A stretch of DNA of 64,000 nucleotides from Bacteroidales bacterium (GCA_030589895.1 JAUUZQ010000006.1:898-64897), one strand, 5' to 3'. Numbered from the stretch's first letter, positions 40,555-51,144 are shown. The notes: generated from the sequence alone by a model not told the origin. Numbers and translations: made by a program.

Positions 40555-42189
40555 ATGAAAAGAATTAACACTGGACAAAAGATATTGATCGTACTATCGA
40601 TCTGCATGTTTGCTCTTTCGAGTTGCGAACAAGAGCCTCAGAAAAGAGTGAATATACTCTTTGCCATCAGTGATGACCAATCGTTTGCGCACACCGGTTT
40701 TGCTGGTTGCGAATTTGTAAATACCCCTGCCTTCGACAGGATCGCCAGCGAAGGGGTCTATTTTACCAATTGTTATGCTGGTTCTCCAGGCTGTGCGCCT
40801 TCAAGGAGCACGATTGCCACGGGCCGCTACCACTGGCAGAATGAGCAAGCAGGACAGCATGCTTCTGCATGGTTGAAAAAGTTTGTTCCTTTTATTGATA
40901 TGCTGGACCTGAATGGGTATAAAACCGGACGTGCAGGGAAAGGTGTTTCTCCCTTCCAGTATGCGCGCGATGATAATGATTCTCTGTGGAGGGCCACGGA
41001 TGCTGGCGGGATTATCCATAGTGATATCAGGTATGAAAAAGGAAGTCCCGAGGATGAGCGTACAGCGAAGGGAATTGGCCCTGTAAACTACTTTGAAAAT
41101 TTCAAGTTCTTTATGGAAAAGGTACGTGATGATGAGCCCTTTTTCTTCTGGTATGGATGTAAGGAGCCTCACCTGTCATATGAGGAAGGTTCATGGAAAC
41201 GGAATGGAAAAAAACTTGCAGATGCAGAGGTGCCGGCATTCCTGCCTGACCATCCGATCATACGCGGAGATTTGCTGGATTATGCGGTAGAGATAGATTG
41301 GTTTGATGTGCACCTCCAGCGCATGCTCGATTATCTTGAAGAGATTGGTGAATTGGAAAATACCATCGTCATCGTTACATCAGATAATGGATTGCCCTTT
41401 CCCAGGGGAAAAGCAAATGCTTATGAGTTTGGAGTACGTGTACCTTTCGCGGTGAGCTTCCCCAAAGAATTTCCGGGTGGCAGGATCGTTGAAGATCCTA
41501 TATCCTTTGCTGACCTTGCACCCACCATCCTTGAATTAACAGGAAGCAGTTCGGAAGGTATGCTGCCAATGTCAGGTAAGAGTTTTGCTGATATCCTGAA
41601 CTCAGAGGAGCAGGGGATTGTTGATTCGGAAAGAGAATATGCTTTTGCCGGTAGGGAACGTCATAGTTGTTCCCGATACCAGAATTGGGGTTATCCGCAG
41701 CGCGTCATTCGCAGCAAGGATTACTTACTTATCTGGAACATGAAACCAGAACGCTGGCCTGCCGGGGCACCACAGAGGTATGATCCGGATAATCCTGAAA
41801 AGCTTTTACCAAAATACGGGATTGCAGAGGATGGAAAGTTTACTAAAGGTTGGGCCTATACGGATATTGGATATACACCCACAAAAGCCTTTCTTATTGA
41901 GAACAGGGACGATCCGAAAGTCAAGCCCTATTTTGACATGGCACATGCCCGGAGGCCCGAGTTTGAGCTCTATGATGTGAAGCAGGATCTTGCTTGTTTA
42001 AATAACCTCTTCGGTGTGAAGGAATACAAGGACATTCAGGAAAAAATGAAACAGGCTTTGATCGCCGAGTTGAAAAAATCTGAAGATACCAGGGTTGTTG
42101 GTCCGGACAAAGAAATTTTTGACAGCTATTTACGATACAGCCCAATGCGGGAGTTTCCTCCACCGGAGTATGACGATATTTCTAACTAA
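40555..42189 (+). CDS. Sulfatase (S1, Cys-type; sulfamidase-like), lipoprotein
   Basis: ISDDQS, CAPSRSTIATG, SDNGLPFPRGKAN. Confidence 0.92.
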   Translation: MKRINTGQKILIVLSICMFALSSCEQEPQKRVNILFAISDDQSFAHTGFAGCEFVNTPAFDRIASEGVYFTNCYAGSPGCAPSRSTIATGRYHWQNEQAGQHASAWLKKFVPFIDMLDLNGYKTGRAGKGVSPFQYARDDNDSLWRATDAGGIIHSDIRYEKGSPEDERTAKGIGPVNYFENFKFFMEKVRDDEPFFFWYGCKEPHLSYEEGSWKRNGKKLADAEVPAFLPDHPIIRGDLLDYAVEIDWFDVHLQRMLDYLEEIGELENTIVIVTSDNGLPFPRGKANAYEFGVRVPFAVSFPKEFPGGRIVEDPISFADLAPTILELTGSSSEGMLPMSGKSFADILNSEEQGIVDSEREYAFAGRERHSCSRYQNWGYPQRVIRSKDYLLIWNMKPERWPAGAPQRYDPDNPEKLLPKYGIAEDGKFTKGWAYTDIGYTPTKAFLIENRDDPKVKPYFDMAHARRPEFELYDVKQDLACLNNLFGVKEYKDIQEKMKQALIAELKKSEDTRVVGPDKEIFDSYLRYSPMREFPPPEYDDISN

Positions 42190-42193
42190 TTAA

Positions 42194-43858
42194 ATGAAGA
42201 AATACAAGTTAAATACAGTATATAGTTTCAAAGTGATCGGCTTGATGATGTTTCTTGGAGTGACGATGACTCTTGGCGCTCAGCAACTTGCCTTCCCTGG
42301 TGCAGAGGGATTTGGCAGGTATGCACTTGGCGGTCGTGGAGGTGATGTCTATCATGTTACTAAATTGACCGATTGGGGAGAAGGAACCTTAAGGTATGGT
42401 GTTGAAACGGCCACTGGCCCGTGTACCATTGTTTTTGATTTGTCTGGAACAATACAACTAACAAGGGGACTAAGTATTGAGAAACCATTTATCACCATTG
42501 CAGGACAAACTGCCCCGGGTGATGGAATTACCCTTTCCGGGATGCCCCTGCTGGTATCAGCCGATCATGTTGTGGTTCGTTATATTCGTGTGAGACTGGG
42601 TGATCAGAGTGGGGCTGATGACGATGCTGTTTCTGTTAAATCAGGATCTAACATCATTGTTGATCATGTAACAGCCAGCTGGTCTATCGATGAAACATTT
42701 TCATTCCAGAGCAACACGGTTGATTCTCTAACGGTTCAGTGGTGCATGATTACTGAAAGCCTTCGGGATTCTCATCACGAGAAAGGGATGCATGGTTATG
42801 GAGGTATAATGGGTGCCTTGCGACAAACTGTACACCACAATCTCTATGCACACCATAGTTCCCGTAGCCCAAAAATTACCGGTCGCCGGCACTGTGAGGT
42901 AGATTTTCGAAACAATGTTATATACAACTGGGGCTACAATGATTGCTATGACGGCGCCAAATCATATACCAACTGGGCAAATAACTATTATAAGGCCGGA
43001 CCTGGAACCAACAGCGATGTCAAGGACAGAATTTTTGAGCTTAGCGACTCACCGGTAGACCCGGAGAATGAGGGTTGGGAGATCTCGAATACCTTTACAA
43101 CGTCATTTTTTGCAGAGGGCAATTATGTTGATGGATATGCTGGAATAAGTGCAGATAACTGGAGCGGAGGGATCGATTTTAATAACGGTGCCTCTGAAGT
43201 TGAACACCGCGTGCTTACTCCCTTTGATTACCCGCTTATCACAGAACAAACAGCTGAAGAATGCTACCAGCTGGTACTTGACAGCGCAGGTGCATCAAAA
43301 GTTCGGGATGCCATCGATGAACGTATCATCAACGAGGTGATATCAGGCACCACCACTTATAGTGGATCTAAAACAGGCACCCCGGGGATTATCGATTCCC
43401 AGACAGATGTTGGAGGCTTGCCTGCTCTGTCCAGCCAGCCAAATCTAACAGATACAGATCAGGATGGCATGCCGGATTCCTGGGAAATAGAAAAAGGATT
43501 AGATCCAGACTATCCAGATGACAGAAATGATGACAGGAATACTGATGGATTTACAAATTTGGAAGAGTATCTTGATGATGCAATAACAATGGATCCTGTT
43601 GGACTTAGTTTGCAGAAAGAGCCGGTTAATATGCTGGTATACCCTAATCCGACAAATACAAGTTTTACGATCGATCTGAGCGCCTTTGGGGAATCAATTA
43701 TTGAAATATTTGATTCCCTTGGTATATTGAGATATGCATCCTCTAACAGAAATTCTGTTTGTATAATCGATGGACTAAATCTTGAGACCGGGATATTTTT
43801 AATTCGGGTTATAGACGATTATGGCCGCTGTTTTTTAGAAAAGTTAATTATCGTATAA
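42194..43858 (+). CDS. Pectate lyase PL1 with T9SS CTD
   Basis: AFPGAEGFG, WSIDE, RSPK; CTD VYPNPT. Confidence 0.92.
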   Translation: MKKYKLNTVYSFKVIGLMMFLGVTMTLGAQQLAFPGAEGFGRYALGGRGGDVYHVTKLTDWGEGTLRYGVETATGPCTIVFDLSGTIQLTRGLSIEKPFITIAGQTAPGDGITLSGMPLLVSADHVVVRYIRVRLGDQSGADDDAVSVKSGSNIIVDHVTASWSIDETFSFQSNTVDSLTVQWCMITESLRDSHHEKGMHGYGGIMGALRQTVHHNLYAHHSSRSPKITGRRHCEVDFRNNVIYNWGYNDCYDGAKSYTNWANNYYKAGPGTNSDVKDRIFELSDSPVDPENEGWEISNTFTTSFFAEGNYVDGYAGISADNWSGGIDFNNGASEVEHRVLTPFDYPLITEQTAEECYQLVLDSAGASKVRDAIDERIINEVISGTTTYSGSKTGTPGIIDSQTDVGGLPALSSQPNLTDTDQDGMPDSWEIEKGLDPDYPDDRNDDRNTDGFTNLEEYLDDAITMDPVGLSLQKEPVNMLVYPNPTNTSFTIDLSAFGESIIEIFDSLGILRYASSNRNSVCIIDGLNLETGIFLIRVIDDYGRCFLEKLIIV

Positions 43859-43861
43859 AAT

Positions 43862-45238
43862 ATGGTTAGAAGGATATTAATATTGTCTTTGATCGCTTTG
43901 ATTATACCACTAAGTACAATTATCTCACAACAACTGGCTTTTCCAGGGGCTGAGGGATTTGGGGCCTATTCCCAGGGTGGTCGTGGTGGTGATGTCTACA
44001 CCGTAAGTAACCTGAATGATTCAGGGGAAGGTTCCCTTCGGCATGCTGTTAAATCTGCAGATGGTCCACGGACTATTGTTTTTGCAGTTTCTGGCCTGAT
44101 CAAGCTTAAGGAGGAGCTGGAAGTAAAGAAAGACTACATCACCATTGCAGGGCAAACAGCTCCCGGTGATGGAATTTGTCTTAGAGACAATGCATTAAGT
44201 ATTGATGCAGATCATGTTATTGTGCGTTACATACGTTCCAGGCTGGGCGACGAAGCAGGAATCAACAGCGATGCGATTTCCATTGAGGGAGGGCACAATA
44301 TCATCATGGATCACTGTTCTGCTTCGTGGTCAGTGGATGAGGTCTTCTCATGTTCTACCGCTGATAAGAATCAAATTGATAGCATCACAGTTCAGTGGTG
44401 CATCATTTCGGAGGCATTGAACAACAGCATACATCATAAAGGTGAGCATGGATATGGTGCCTTGATCCGAGGCTGCTATGGTGCAAAATATTCCTATCAC
44501 CATAACCTGTTTGCACACAACGCTTCACGGAATCCTCGACCCGGAAATTACGACCGCAATAATGCTAAGATTGATCCTCAGGGACTCTTGTTTGATTTTA
44601 GAAACAACGTCATATACAATTGGAAAGGTTCACGCCCAGGATACGATGGAGATAAGAAAAGTGTGTGCAGATACAATTATGTAGGCAATTATGGAGTAGC
44701 CGGACCCGACTCTGATGAGGATGGATATGCCTACAGTGCAGGATGCAAGCTCTTCAAAGCACATTATACTGATAACTACTTTTTTGGAAGTATTCCGGAT
44801 GATCAATGGGAGCTTGTAAGATTTGGAGAAGATTGGAGTAAAAAAGAAATTCGCAAATACAAACAATCCAGGGCCTTTCCCAGCGGTCCTATTCATACTA
44901 AAACACCTGCTGAAGCCTACCAGAGTGTTATCAAAGGTGCAGGAGCATCGCATGCACGGGATGAGGTTGATATAAGAGTTGTAAATGACGTGAAAAACGG
45001 TACAGGCTCACTCATCGATCATGAAAATGATGTAGGCGGCTGGCCGGAATACAGGACCTACGATTTTAAAATGGACAGTGACGGGGATGGGATGCCTGAT
45101 GAATGGGAATTATCCTTGATGCTAAATCCATATGATCCTTCGGACAGAAATGGAGATGATGACCATGATGGTTATACAAATCTGGAAGAATACCTGAATG
45201 GCTTGATCCTCTTTGGTACCAAAGTATATGAACATTAA
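43862..45238 (+). CDS. Pectate lyase PL1 without CTD
   Basis: Same motifs as 38908..40536; ends right after GYTNLEEYLN. Confidence 0.93.
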   Translation: MVRRILILSLIALIIPLSTIISQQLAFPGAEGFGAYSQGGRGGDVYTVSNLNDSGEGSLRHAVKSADGPRTIVFAVSGLIKLKEELEVKKDYITIAGQTAPGDGICLRDNALSIDADHVIVRYIRSRLGDEAGINSDAISIEGGHNIIMDHCSASWSVDEVFSCSTADKNQIDSITVQWCIISEALNNSIHHKGEHGYGALIRGCYGAKYSYHHNLFAHNASRNPRPGNYDRNNAKIDPQGLLFDFRNNVIYNWKGSRPGYDGDKKSVCRYNYVGNYGVAGPDSDEDGYAYSAGCKLFKAHYTDNYFFGSIPDDQWELVRFGEDWSKKEIRKYKQSRAFPSGPIHTKTPAEAYQSVIKGAGASHARDEVDIRVVNDVKNGTGSLIDHENDVGGWPEYRTYDFKMDSDGDGMPDEWELSLMLNPYDPSDRNGDDDHDGYTNLEEYLNGLILFGTKVYEH

Positions 45239-45334
45239 GGAAATTTATGGGTTCAAACCAGAAAATAAAGAGACTAAGTTACCTCATTGTTGCATTGTCG
45301 ATAATCGGCTTGATATTTCTATATTTCTTAATTA

Positions 45335-48300
45335 CTATTGTTTTTTAGTATACTTTCGGACATAGCCTGATGGCGTAAGTTTATAAATATTTTTGAAGCA
45401 TTTCCTGAAGTATGCCACCTGCTGAAAGCCTACACTATATGCTACTTCCGATATATTCAACTCTCTCTGCAGAAGGAGTTGGCAGGCGCGTTTTAATCGG
45501 ATACTGCGAATAAATTCCTTGACGGTCATTTCTGTCAATGCGTTCATCTTTCTGTAAAGTTGTGTTCGGCTGACTCCGACCTCCCTTGATATTTTTATAA
45601 TACCAAATTTAGGGTCCGCAATGTTATCTTCAATAATGGCTATCAGTTTATTGATGAATTTGTCATCGGGTGATAGTGCACTTTTGTCGAGTGGTTTCAA
45701 GATATTTTCCTGGCTGTATTTATCTCGCAACAGTCGTCGTGTTGACAGGAGTTGGTCGGCTCTGAGTCTTATCAGTGAGGGGTCGAAAGGCTTGGTAATA
45801 TAATCATCAGCTCCTGCCAATATTCCATCTTTTTCATGGTCCTTTGAAGAAAGAGCTGTCAGCAGGATCACAGGAATGTGAGAAGTCTTAAAATCCTGTT
45901 TAATAGTCTTACAGAACTTCTTACCATCCATCCTGGGCATGAGTATATCGCTAATGATGATATCAGGAATCGTTTCATTCGCTAATTCCAGTCCGGTCTT
46001 TCCATCCTCAGCTGAGATTACATTGTAGTCCTCCTCGAAGATTGATATGACAAAATCAAGAAGGTCTCTATTATCCTCTATTATAAGGATAATCGGCTTA
46101 TCCTGATCAATCTCTGATTCTTTGAAAGCCGCATTTTGCACACTTGCAAGCTCGCTATGATCATTTTCATCGCCAGGAATATTTGTTTGCGCTTTCTTAT
46201 CAGGATCGTCCTTGATCAGTGGCAGCAGAATCGTTACTTTTGTCCCTACACCCTCCTGGCTCTTAAGGGATATGGATCCATTAGAGACCTTCACGAGCTC
46301 GCGTGACAAGGAAAGTCCAATTCCTGATCCTGTATTGATATTATCTTCCGTAGATTTACCCTGATAGAAACGCTCGAAAATCCGCTCTTTCTTATCCTCA
46401 GGAATTCCTTTCCCTGTATCCTGTACAACAATTTGCAGGTATTCTCCGGGATGGATGTTTTTATTATCACTTATATCTCCATCCATGTGGATTGTAAGAG
46501 AGACTGCAACACGTATTGTGCCTCCTTCTTTTGTTGCTTTAAATGAATTGGATAAGAGATTGAATATAACTTTTTCAACTTTGTCAGGATCAAAATACAT
46601 CTGAATCTGATCCACTACAGAGAAGAATTCCAGGTTGATTTTTTTTTCATCCGACAACTCTTTATACAAATAAATAACCTTCTTCAAGTATGATACAATA
46701 TCTCCTTTTGACAGCTCCAGTTTCAATTTCCCAGCTTCAATTTTTCTAAAATCCAGTAATTGATCGACCAGTTTTCCTAAGCGTGTGGCATTTTTATACA
46801 CGACATCCAAATCCTTCTCAATCTGTTCTTTCGATGGATTTGAATTCATGATCCGCGAAAGTGGGCTGAGGATCAGCGATATTGGGGTTCGTATTTCATG
46901 TGAGATATTTGTAAAAAACTGGAATTTCATCATGTCGATCTTATGCAGCTCTTTTGACTTGATCCGTTCCATCACCAGTTGATTCTTTAAATTCTCTCTT
47001 TTTACAAAGAATAAAATGATCAGGTAAATCAGGAGTGCAAATAATAGAATCAGAAAGCTCTCAAAGGCAGATGTTTTCCATATTGGTGGTGTGACGATCA
47101 GGCTAAGTGATGTTCCTTCATCATTCCAAACACCATCGTTATTGGAGGCTTTTACCCGAAATATATATTTACCTGGGTCTAGATTCGTATAGGTTGCTGA
47201 TCTGTTGTTCGTAATGGGATTCCATTCTTCTTCAAAGCCCTCCATAATATAGGTGTACTGATTATGTGAACTGGTCACATAGTTGAGCGCAACAAAATCA
47301 AATGTCAAAACGGAATGTTTATAGGCAACAGTTATTTCATCAGATTCGCTGATGCTCTGTTCCAGGATTAGCTCACCTTGAAATTCCTGACCTATAGGAA
47401 CCTTTTTATTGAAGATCCTGAAATCTGTTATTACAACAGGTGGTTCGTTATAATTCTTTACTAACTGGTCTGGATGAAAACTGGTGAGTCCTTTTTGTCC
47501 GCCAAAGAAAAGCTCTCCTGTTTTACTTTTGCAGTATGCTCCATAATAAAATGTGTTACCCTGTATGCCATCTTCGATGGTATAGTTTTCGAAGGTCAGA
47601 CTGTCAGGATTGAACATGGATAAACCAGATCCGGTGCTTAACCACAAGTCCTGCCCGTCTTCGCTTTCAAGGATTCCAAACACCTGGTTTGAAGGCAGAC
47701 CATCGTCCATTGTGTAGGTCCTCACTAAGCCATTCTCAACTTCAAATTGACACAGGCCGCTGTATACCCCTGAGCCTATCCATATTCGTCCTTTTATATC
47801 TTCAAATATTACCCTGGCCATGATGTTATAATTGAAGACACGATTCTCAACAGTGATAATGTATAGCCCATTGTTTGTTGTTCCAATAAATAAGTTACCG
47901 GCTCGATCTTCAAAGATCACATGAACAGGAGAAGTGATCAGGCTATCCATGAAATGTTCGAATGATCTGCTCGCCGGGTCGAAGTGATCCAACCCAGCAT
48001 CAGTCCCAATCCATATTCTTCCTTTTTTGTCTTCCAGCAAGGCCCAAACCGTATTGTTGGAAAGCGTATTCTTATTTCCCGGATCATTCTTATAATTGGT
48101 AAAACGTCTGCTTATTGGATCATAAAAATCCATTCCTCCCAAAAATGACCCGATCCAAAATTTGCCTGATCTATCCTGGATAATTGATTTTATGCAATTC
48201 GAACATATGGAGTTGTCATTTCCCTCGCTATGTGTTAAATGTGTGAAGCGACCTGTTTGCTTGTTGTACACATTGATACCGCCGTTTTCAGTACCCAGCC

Positions 48301-49438
48301 ATATCTTTCCGTCACTGGATTCCATTATTGCATAGATTTCGGCATTATTCAGGTAGCTGTTATCATTTGATTTAAATCCATAGTATTTGAAGGCTTGTTT
48401 AAGCTGGTTGACATAATTCAATCCATTTCTTGTTCCTATCCAGATATCCCCTGTATTGTCTTCAAAAATATTGTTGATTGATATTTGACTCAGGCTGTTC
48501 TGATCATGTTCATGGGGGACATAGTGTGAAACGACATTATAGGATTGGTCCAGGATATAGATTCCACCCCGGGTTCCCAGCCAAATGTTATTATTCTGGT
48601 CCTGGTACACAGCTCTTAGCGTGTAGCTCCTGTTGTATTCAGGGTCGGGTACAATGTTTCTGATCTTGTCGTCAGCATTTTCAATAATGAATAGTCCGCT
48701 GCTATATGTTCCAATTAATATATTGCCATTTCTTCCTTCAGCAATATCCTGGATGTCATATGTTGCACTCATATCGAGTCTGACTTTTGCATCCAGCTTG
48801 ATATGTGTTACAGTAGCTGATGCAGGATCGTAGGTGTCGAGGCCATTTTTCGTTCCAAGCCACAGTGTACCATTGCTGTCAATAAATACTTTCTCTATGT
48901 TGTTGTGAGCGATACTGGAAGTTTCGTTTTCTATATGCTGAATCCTCTGAAATTCTTTAGTTTCTGGATCAAAACGATTGAGTCCCTTGTCTGTGCCTAT
49001 CCATAAGATCCCTGAACTATCCTCAGCCACAGAAAATACCAGGTTGCTACTTATGCAGTTCCTGCTGGTATCGGCGCTGTAATATGAGAATTTATCTTTG
49101 CGTCGATCGTATAGTGCCAAGCCGGCATCTTCGGTACCCACCCATAGTCTGGATCTTGAATCTTCAAAAATGCAATTGATCAAGGAGAAATTTTCCCTGG
49201 TTAAAGGGTTATTAAGAATATATGTGTGAAAATTATGTCCGTCATATTTACTGATACCTCTATTTGTTCCTAGCCAGATCCATCCGATATGATCCTGGTA
49301 AACACAACTAACAACGTTACTGGATAGTCCGTCATCTACACTATAGTTTTCAAACCTGATCTTGCTTTGACCTTGGAGAGCCAGGGCAGAAATCAACATG
49401 ATGAATGTAGCTATAATGGCGCGATGAAAAAGATTCAT
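45335..49438 (-). CDS. Hybrid two-component system (beta-propeller, Y_Y_Y, HK, REC, AraC)
   Basis: Reg_prop repeats (WIGT), FFTNISHEIRTP, GSGIGL, DILMP, C-terminal AraC HTH. Confidence 0.97.
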   Translation of the reverse strand: MNLFHRAIIATFIMLISALALQGQSKIRFENYSVDDGLSSNVVSCVYQDHIGWIWLGTNRGISKYDGHNFHTYILNNPLTRENFSLINCIFEDSRSRLWVGTEDAGLALYDRRKDKFSYYSADTSRNCISSNLVFSVAEDSSGILWIGTDKGLNRFDPETKEFQRIQHIENETSSIAHNNIEKVFIDSNGTLWLGTKNGLDTYDPASATVTHIKLDAKVRLDMSATYDIQDIAEGRNGNILIGTYSSGLFIIENADDKIRNIVPDPEYNRSYTLRAVYQDQNNNIWLGTRGGIYILDQSYNVVSHYVPHEHDQNSLSQISINNIFEDNTGDIWIGTRNGLNYVNQLKQAFKYYGFKSNDNSYLNNAEIYAIMESSDGKIWLGTENGGINVYNKQTGRFTHLTHSEGNDNSICSNCIKSIIQDRSGKFWIGSFLGGMDFYDPISRRFTNYKNDPGNKNTLSNNTVWALLEDKKGRIWIGTDAGLDHFDPASRSFEHFMDSLITSPVHVIFEDRAGNLFIGTTNNGLYIITVENRVFNYNIMARVIFEDIKGRIWIGSGVYSGLCQFEVENGLVRTYTMDDGLPSNQVFGILESEDGQDLWLSTGSGLSMFNPDSLTFENYTIEDGIQGNTFYYGAYCKSKTGELFFGGQKGLTSFHPDQLVKNYNEPPVVITDFRIFNKKVPIGQEFQGELILEQSISESDEITVAYKHSVLTFDFVALNYVTSSHNQYTYIMEGFEEEWNPITNNRSATYTNLDPGKYIFRVKASNNDGVWNDEGTSLSLIVTPPIWKTSAFESFLILLFALLIYLIILFFVKRENLKNQLVMERIKSKELHKIDMMKFQFFTNISHEIRTPISLILSPLSRIMNSNPSKEQIEKDLDVVYKNATRLGKLVDQLLDFRKIEAGKLKLELSKGDIVSYLKKVIYLYKELSDEKKINLEFFSVVDQIQMYFDPDKVEKVIFNLLSNSFKATKEGGTIRVAVSLTIHMDGDISDNKNIHPGEYLQIVVQDTGKGIPEDKKERIFERFYQGKSTEDNINTGSGIGLSLSRELVKVSNGSISLKSQEGVGTKVTILLPLIKDDPDKKAQTNIPGDENDHSELASVQNAAFKESEIDQDKPIILIIEDNRDLLDFVISIFEEDYNVISAEDGKTGLELANETIPDIIISDILMPRMDGKKFCKTIKQDFKTSHIPVILLTALSSKDHEKDGILAGADDYITKPFDPSLIRLRADQLLSTRRLLRDKYSQENILKPLDKSALSPDDKFINKLIAIIEDNIADPKFGIIKISREVGVSRTQLYRKMNALTEMTVKEFIRSIRLKRACQLLLQRELNISEVAYSVGFQQVAYFRKCFKNIYKLTPSGYVRKYTKKQ

Positions 49439-49551
49439 ATTCAAGCTGCGTTGAGTTTTGACAAAAGATCTTGTGCATGCAAATTTAACAATAATCATAT
49501 TATGAGCTATAATACGAAAATTGTAGAGACAATGTCACGTCTCCGGATGCT

Positions 49552-49595
49552 TTTGGAACTTCTGAATCCTATTTTTGGGATATACTGGTATGTTC
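49552..49595 (+). promoter_or_regulatory. Putative HTCS operator, copy 4
   Basis: TTGGAAC (49553) and TTGGGAT (49575), then TATGTTC as in copy 1. Confidence 0.7.
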
Positions 49596-49707
49596 CTGAA
49601 CCTCTAAAAACCCTACCTTGCTTCATATGTCGGTTCCAGGGAATACAGGATAATTTGAACATTGTCAGTTTCAAGTGGCATCATTAATAAGTAAACTATA
49701 AACAACA

Positions 49708-51120
49708 ATGGAAATGAGATCACTGCTATTTTGTGTATCTATACTTTTTTGTCTGAGCTCATGCACCCATGAGCAGAAACATGAAGATATTGAACGTGGA
49801 TGGGAACAGATGGAAGTCATACTCCAGGGGATCAATGCGCCGGAATTTGCTGATCAGCGGTTCTGTATTTTAGATTATGGTGCGTCCCAAGATGGTGAAC
49901 TATGTACCGAAGCATTTCGGCAGGCCATTGAAGCCTGTCACCAGGCTGGAGGCGGAAGGGTGATCGTTCCTGAGGGTGAATTTGTTTCGGGTGCCATTCA
50001 TTTGCTTAGCAATGTAGAACTTCATTTAGAAGAAGGGGCGAAGATACTATTTAGCACCAATCCCATGGATTATCTTCCCAATGTACGCACCCGTTTTGAA
50101 GGCTGTGAGCTTTACAATTATTCCCCTCTGATCTATGCTTATAAGCAGGAGAACATTGCGATAACCGGCGATGGCGTGCTTGATGGTCAGGCCTCTATGG
50201 ATAATTGGTGGCATTGGAAACGCGGGCATGAGGACAAGTCAAACTCCCAACAGGAGCCAAATTCCAACCCTCGCTTGTTGGAGATGATGACCAATGGTGT
50301 TCCAGTTGAGGAACGTATTTTTGGAGATGGATACTATTTACGACCCAGTTTTATTCAGCCCTTTGAATGTAAAAATATACTGATAGAAGGCGTAACTCTT
50401 GTCAGGCCACCCATGTGGATGATCCATCCGGTATTATCGGAAAACATTACGATAAGAGATGTAAAGCTTTTCAGCCAGGGAGCCCCCAACGGAGATGGAT
50501 GTGATCCGGAGTCATGTAAGAATATTATGATCGAAGGCTGCGAATTTAACAACGGAGATGATTGCATCGCTATCAAATCGGGTAGAAACCGACAAGGTTA
50601 TGATGCAGGCATCCCCACTGAAAATGTAATTATACGACACTGCAAAATGCTGGACGGTCACGGTGGCGTTGTAATCGGCAGTGAATCCTCCGGCGGAGCG
50701 CGTAATATTTATGCTTACGATTGTGAGATGAGCAGTCCTAACCTGGACAGAGCATTGCGATTAAAGTCGAACAAATACAGGGGAGGTGTGATTGAGAATA
50801 TCTACCTGAGAGATATAACAGTTGGAGAGGTAAAGAATGCCGCTGTTAGAATTAATCAGAACTACTCCTCAAAAACAACACAGGGGGAAATAAAGTACAC
50901 CCGCTACCGGAATATTTTTATTGAACGCATGGTCTGTAATAAAGCAGATTATGCCATTCAAATAATGGGATTGGAGGCACTCCCTATTGAGAATGTTAAA
51001 CTAATCGATTGTCAGTTTAATAATATCAAAAAGGATAATGTGCTGGAGTACGTAAACGACCTGGTATTGGAAAATGTAACTGTAGACGGGAAACAAGTAT
51101 CACCGATACTTGATTTGTGA
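49708..51120 (+). CDS. Glycoside hydrolase family 28, lipoprotein
   Basis: NGDGCDPES, GDDCIAIKSG, GHGGVVIGSE, RLKS. Confidence 0.95.
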   Translation: MEMRSLLFCVSILFCLSSCTHEQKHEDIERGWEQMEVILQGINAPEFADQRFCILDYGASQDGELCTEAFRQAIEACHQAGGGRVIVPEGEFVSGAIHLLSNVELHLEEGAKILFSTNPMDYLPNVRTRFEGCELYNYSPLIYAYKQENIAITGDGVLDGQASMDNWWHWKRGHEDKSNSQQEPNSNPRLLEMMTNGVPVEERIFGDGYYLRPSFIQPFECKNILIEGVTLVRPPMWMIHPVLSENITIRDVKLFSQGAPNGDGCDPESCKNIMIEGCEFNNGDDCIAIKSGRNRQGYDAGIPTENVIIRHCKMLDGHGGVVIGSESSGGARNIYAYDCEMSSPNLDRALRLKSNKYRGGVIENIYLRDITVGEVKNAAVRINQNYSSKTTQGEIKYTRYRNIFIERMVCNKADYAIQIMGLEALPIENVKLIDCQFNNIKKDNVLEYVNDLVLENVTVDGKQVSPILDL

Positions 51121-51123
51121 TAC

Positions 51124-51144
51124 CTACTTTCCGATACAGAAATT
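51124..51144 (-). repeat. Duplicated 3' end of mnmE (att-like)
   Basis: TTTCCGATACAGAAATT at 51128-51144 is identical to 52586-52602; reads NFCIGK-stop on the minus strand. Confidence 0.85.
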
